The translations under genes and the position numbers were made by a program. A DNA stretch of 64,000 nt, taken from NCBI RefSeq assembly GCF_006345805.1, contig NC_043011.1:21464464-21528463 (forward strand), read 5' to 3'. Below, in pieces: positions 14,703-64,000 of this stretch. Position 1 is the stretch's first letter; every line of letters begins with the position of its first letter. This DNA is from Octopus sinensis. Lineage: Eukaryota. The notes under the pieces were generated by a model that ran no database searches, was not told the origin of the DNA, and saw only the letters and a list, made by a program, of their open reading frames with translations.

Positions 14703-15028
14703 AAATCTTTTAATCTTCGGATTTTTAAATATGCTAAGCCACTGGATTTAATTGATTAACATCAATTTCTACCCTTATTATTTTATATATATATATATAT
14801 ATATAACCCTTCCTTCGGCGAGCTTCCATACGATTCCCGTCTACCAAATTCCCTCACAAGACATTGGTACACCCAGGGCTATAGTAGAAAGCACTTGTTT
14901 AAGGTGCCGCGCAGTGAAACTGAAACCAAAACCATGTCTCTCTGCAAAGCGGGTTTCTTAACTGCACAGACAAACCTGTGTGACATATACATACTTACAT
15001 ATATACATGCATAGATAGATAGAGAGAG

Positions 15029-15071
<43 letters not shown>

Positions 15072-15298
15072 TGCATGTCTTCATAAACACACACACACAC
15101 ACATATATATAATCTTTACTGTGGTATTCGGTAGTCTTTTTATCGGACAGTTCACATTAGAAGGACAAAAGGGTATATATATGCGTGTGTGTGTGTGTGT
15201 GTGTGTTGTACTCTCGCTGTGTGTATCTCTCTTCCACTCTCTTTCTCTCTCTCTCTCGTTGTCTCTCTAATTCTGTCTCTTTCTTCCATACATATACG

Positions 15299-15339
<41 letters not shown>

Positions 15340-15458
15340 GTACGCACGCAATAGATTAATGATGAGTTTTATCAAAGTATAGGTGAAATTCGTTAATGAC
15401 TATCAATTGTTTATTCATTTCTCTCTCTCTTAACACTTTTCGTTTCTTTATTTTACAG

Positions 15459-63828
<48,370 letters not shown>

Positions 63829-64000
63829 GTAAGTTGATTCGTTACTCAACATTCAATAGCAGTTTTGCCTTCCTCTAATTGTGGTTTCAAGTAAATGCAT
63901 GCATACATAATAGATGGATGGATGGATGGACGGATGTGCAACACTAACGGTAGTTGCAGAGCAATTATGATTCACGAACCAAATCAAAACCTGCTTCGCA

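Overview
Eukaryotic, AT- and microsatellite-rich DNA; the SINE and repeat landscape points to an octopus (coleoid cephalopod) genome, which is an inference. The only host gene is a plus-strand, intron-rich M1-family zinc aminopeptidase (aminopeptidase N-like). I traced 15 coding exons with AG/GT boundaries from 15459 to 63828; the GAMEN, HEXXH-X18-E and catalytic Tyr motifs are intact. The 5' and 3' exons lie outside the window, and one or more internal exons are missing, probably in the 100-N gap at 38865-38964. Introns contain at least 5 SINE-like families, mariner, pogo-type and Merlin-like DNA elements, Helitron pieces, a Gypsy remnant, R4/Dong-type retrotransposon pieces in (TAA)n, and a Penelope-like RT fragment. 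The most unusual signal is a dispersed set of minimal type-I hammerhead-ribozyme motifs with non-canonical cores, including a G3-C8 compensatory swap and U4C variants. Several sit in near-perfect palindromes within microsatellites, one with a hammerhead on each strand. Most ORFs in the supplied track are microsatellite artefacts.
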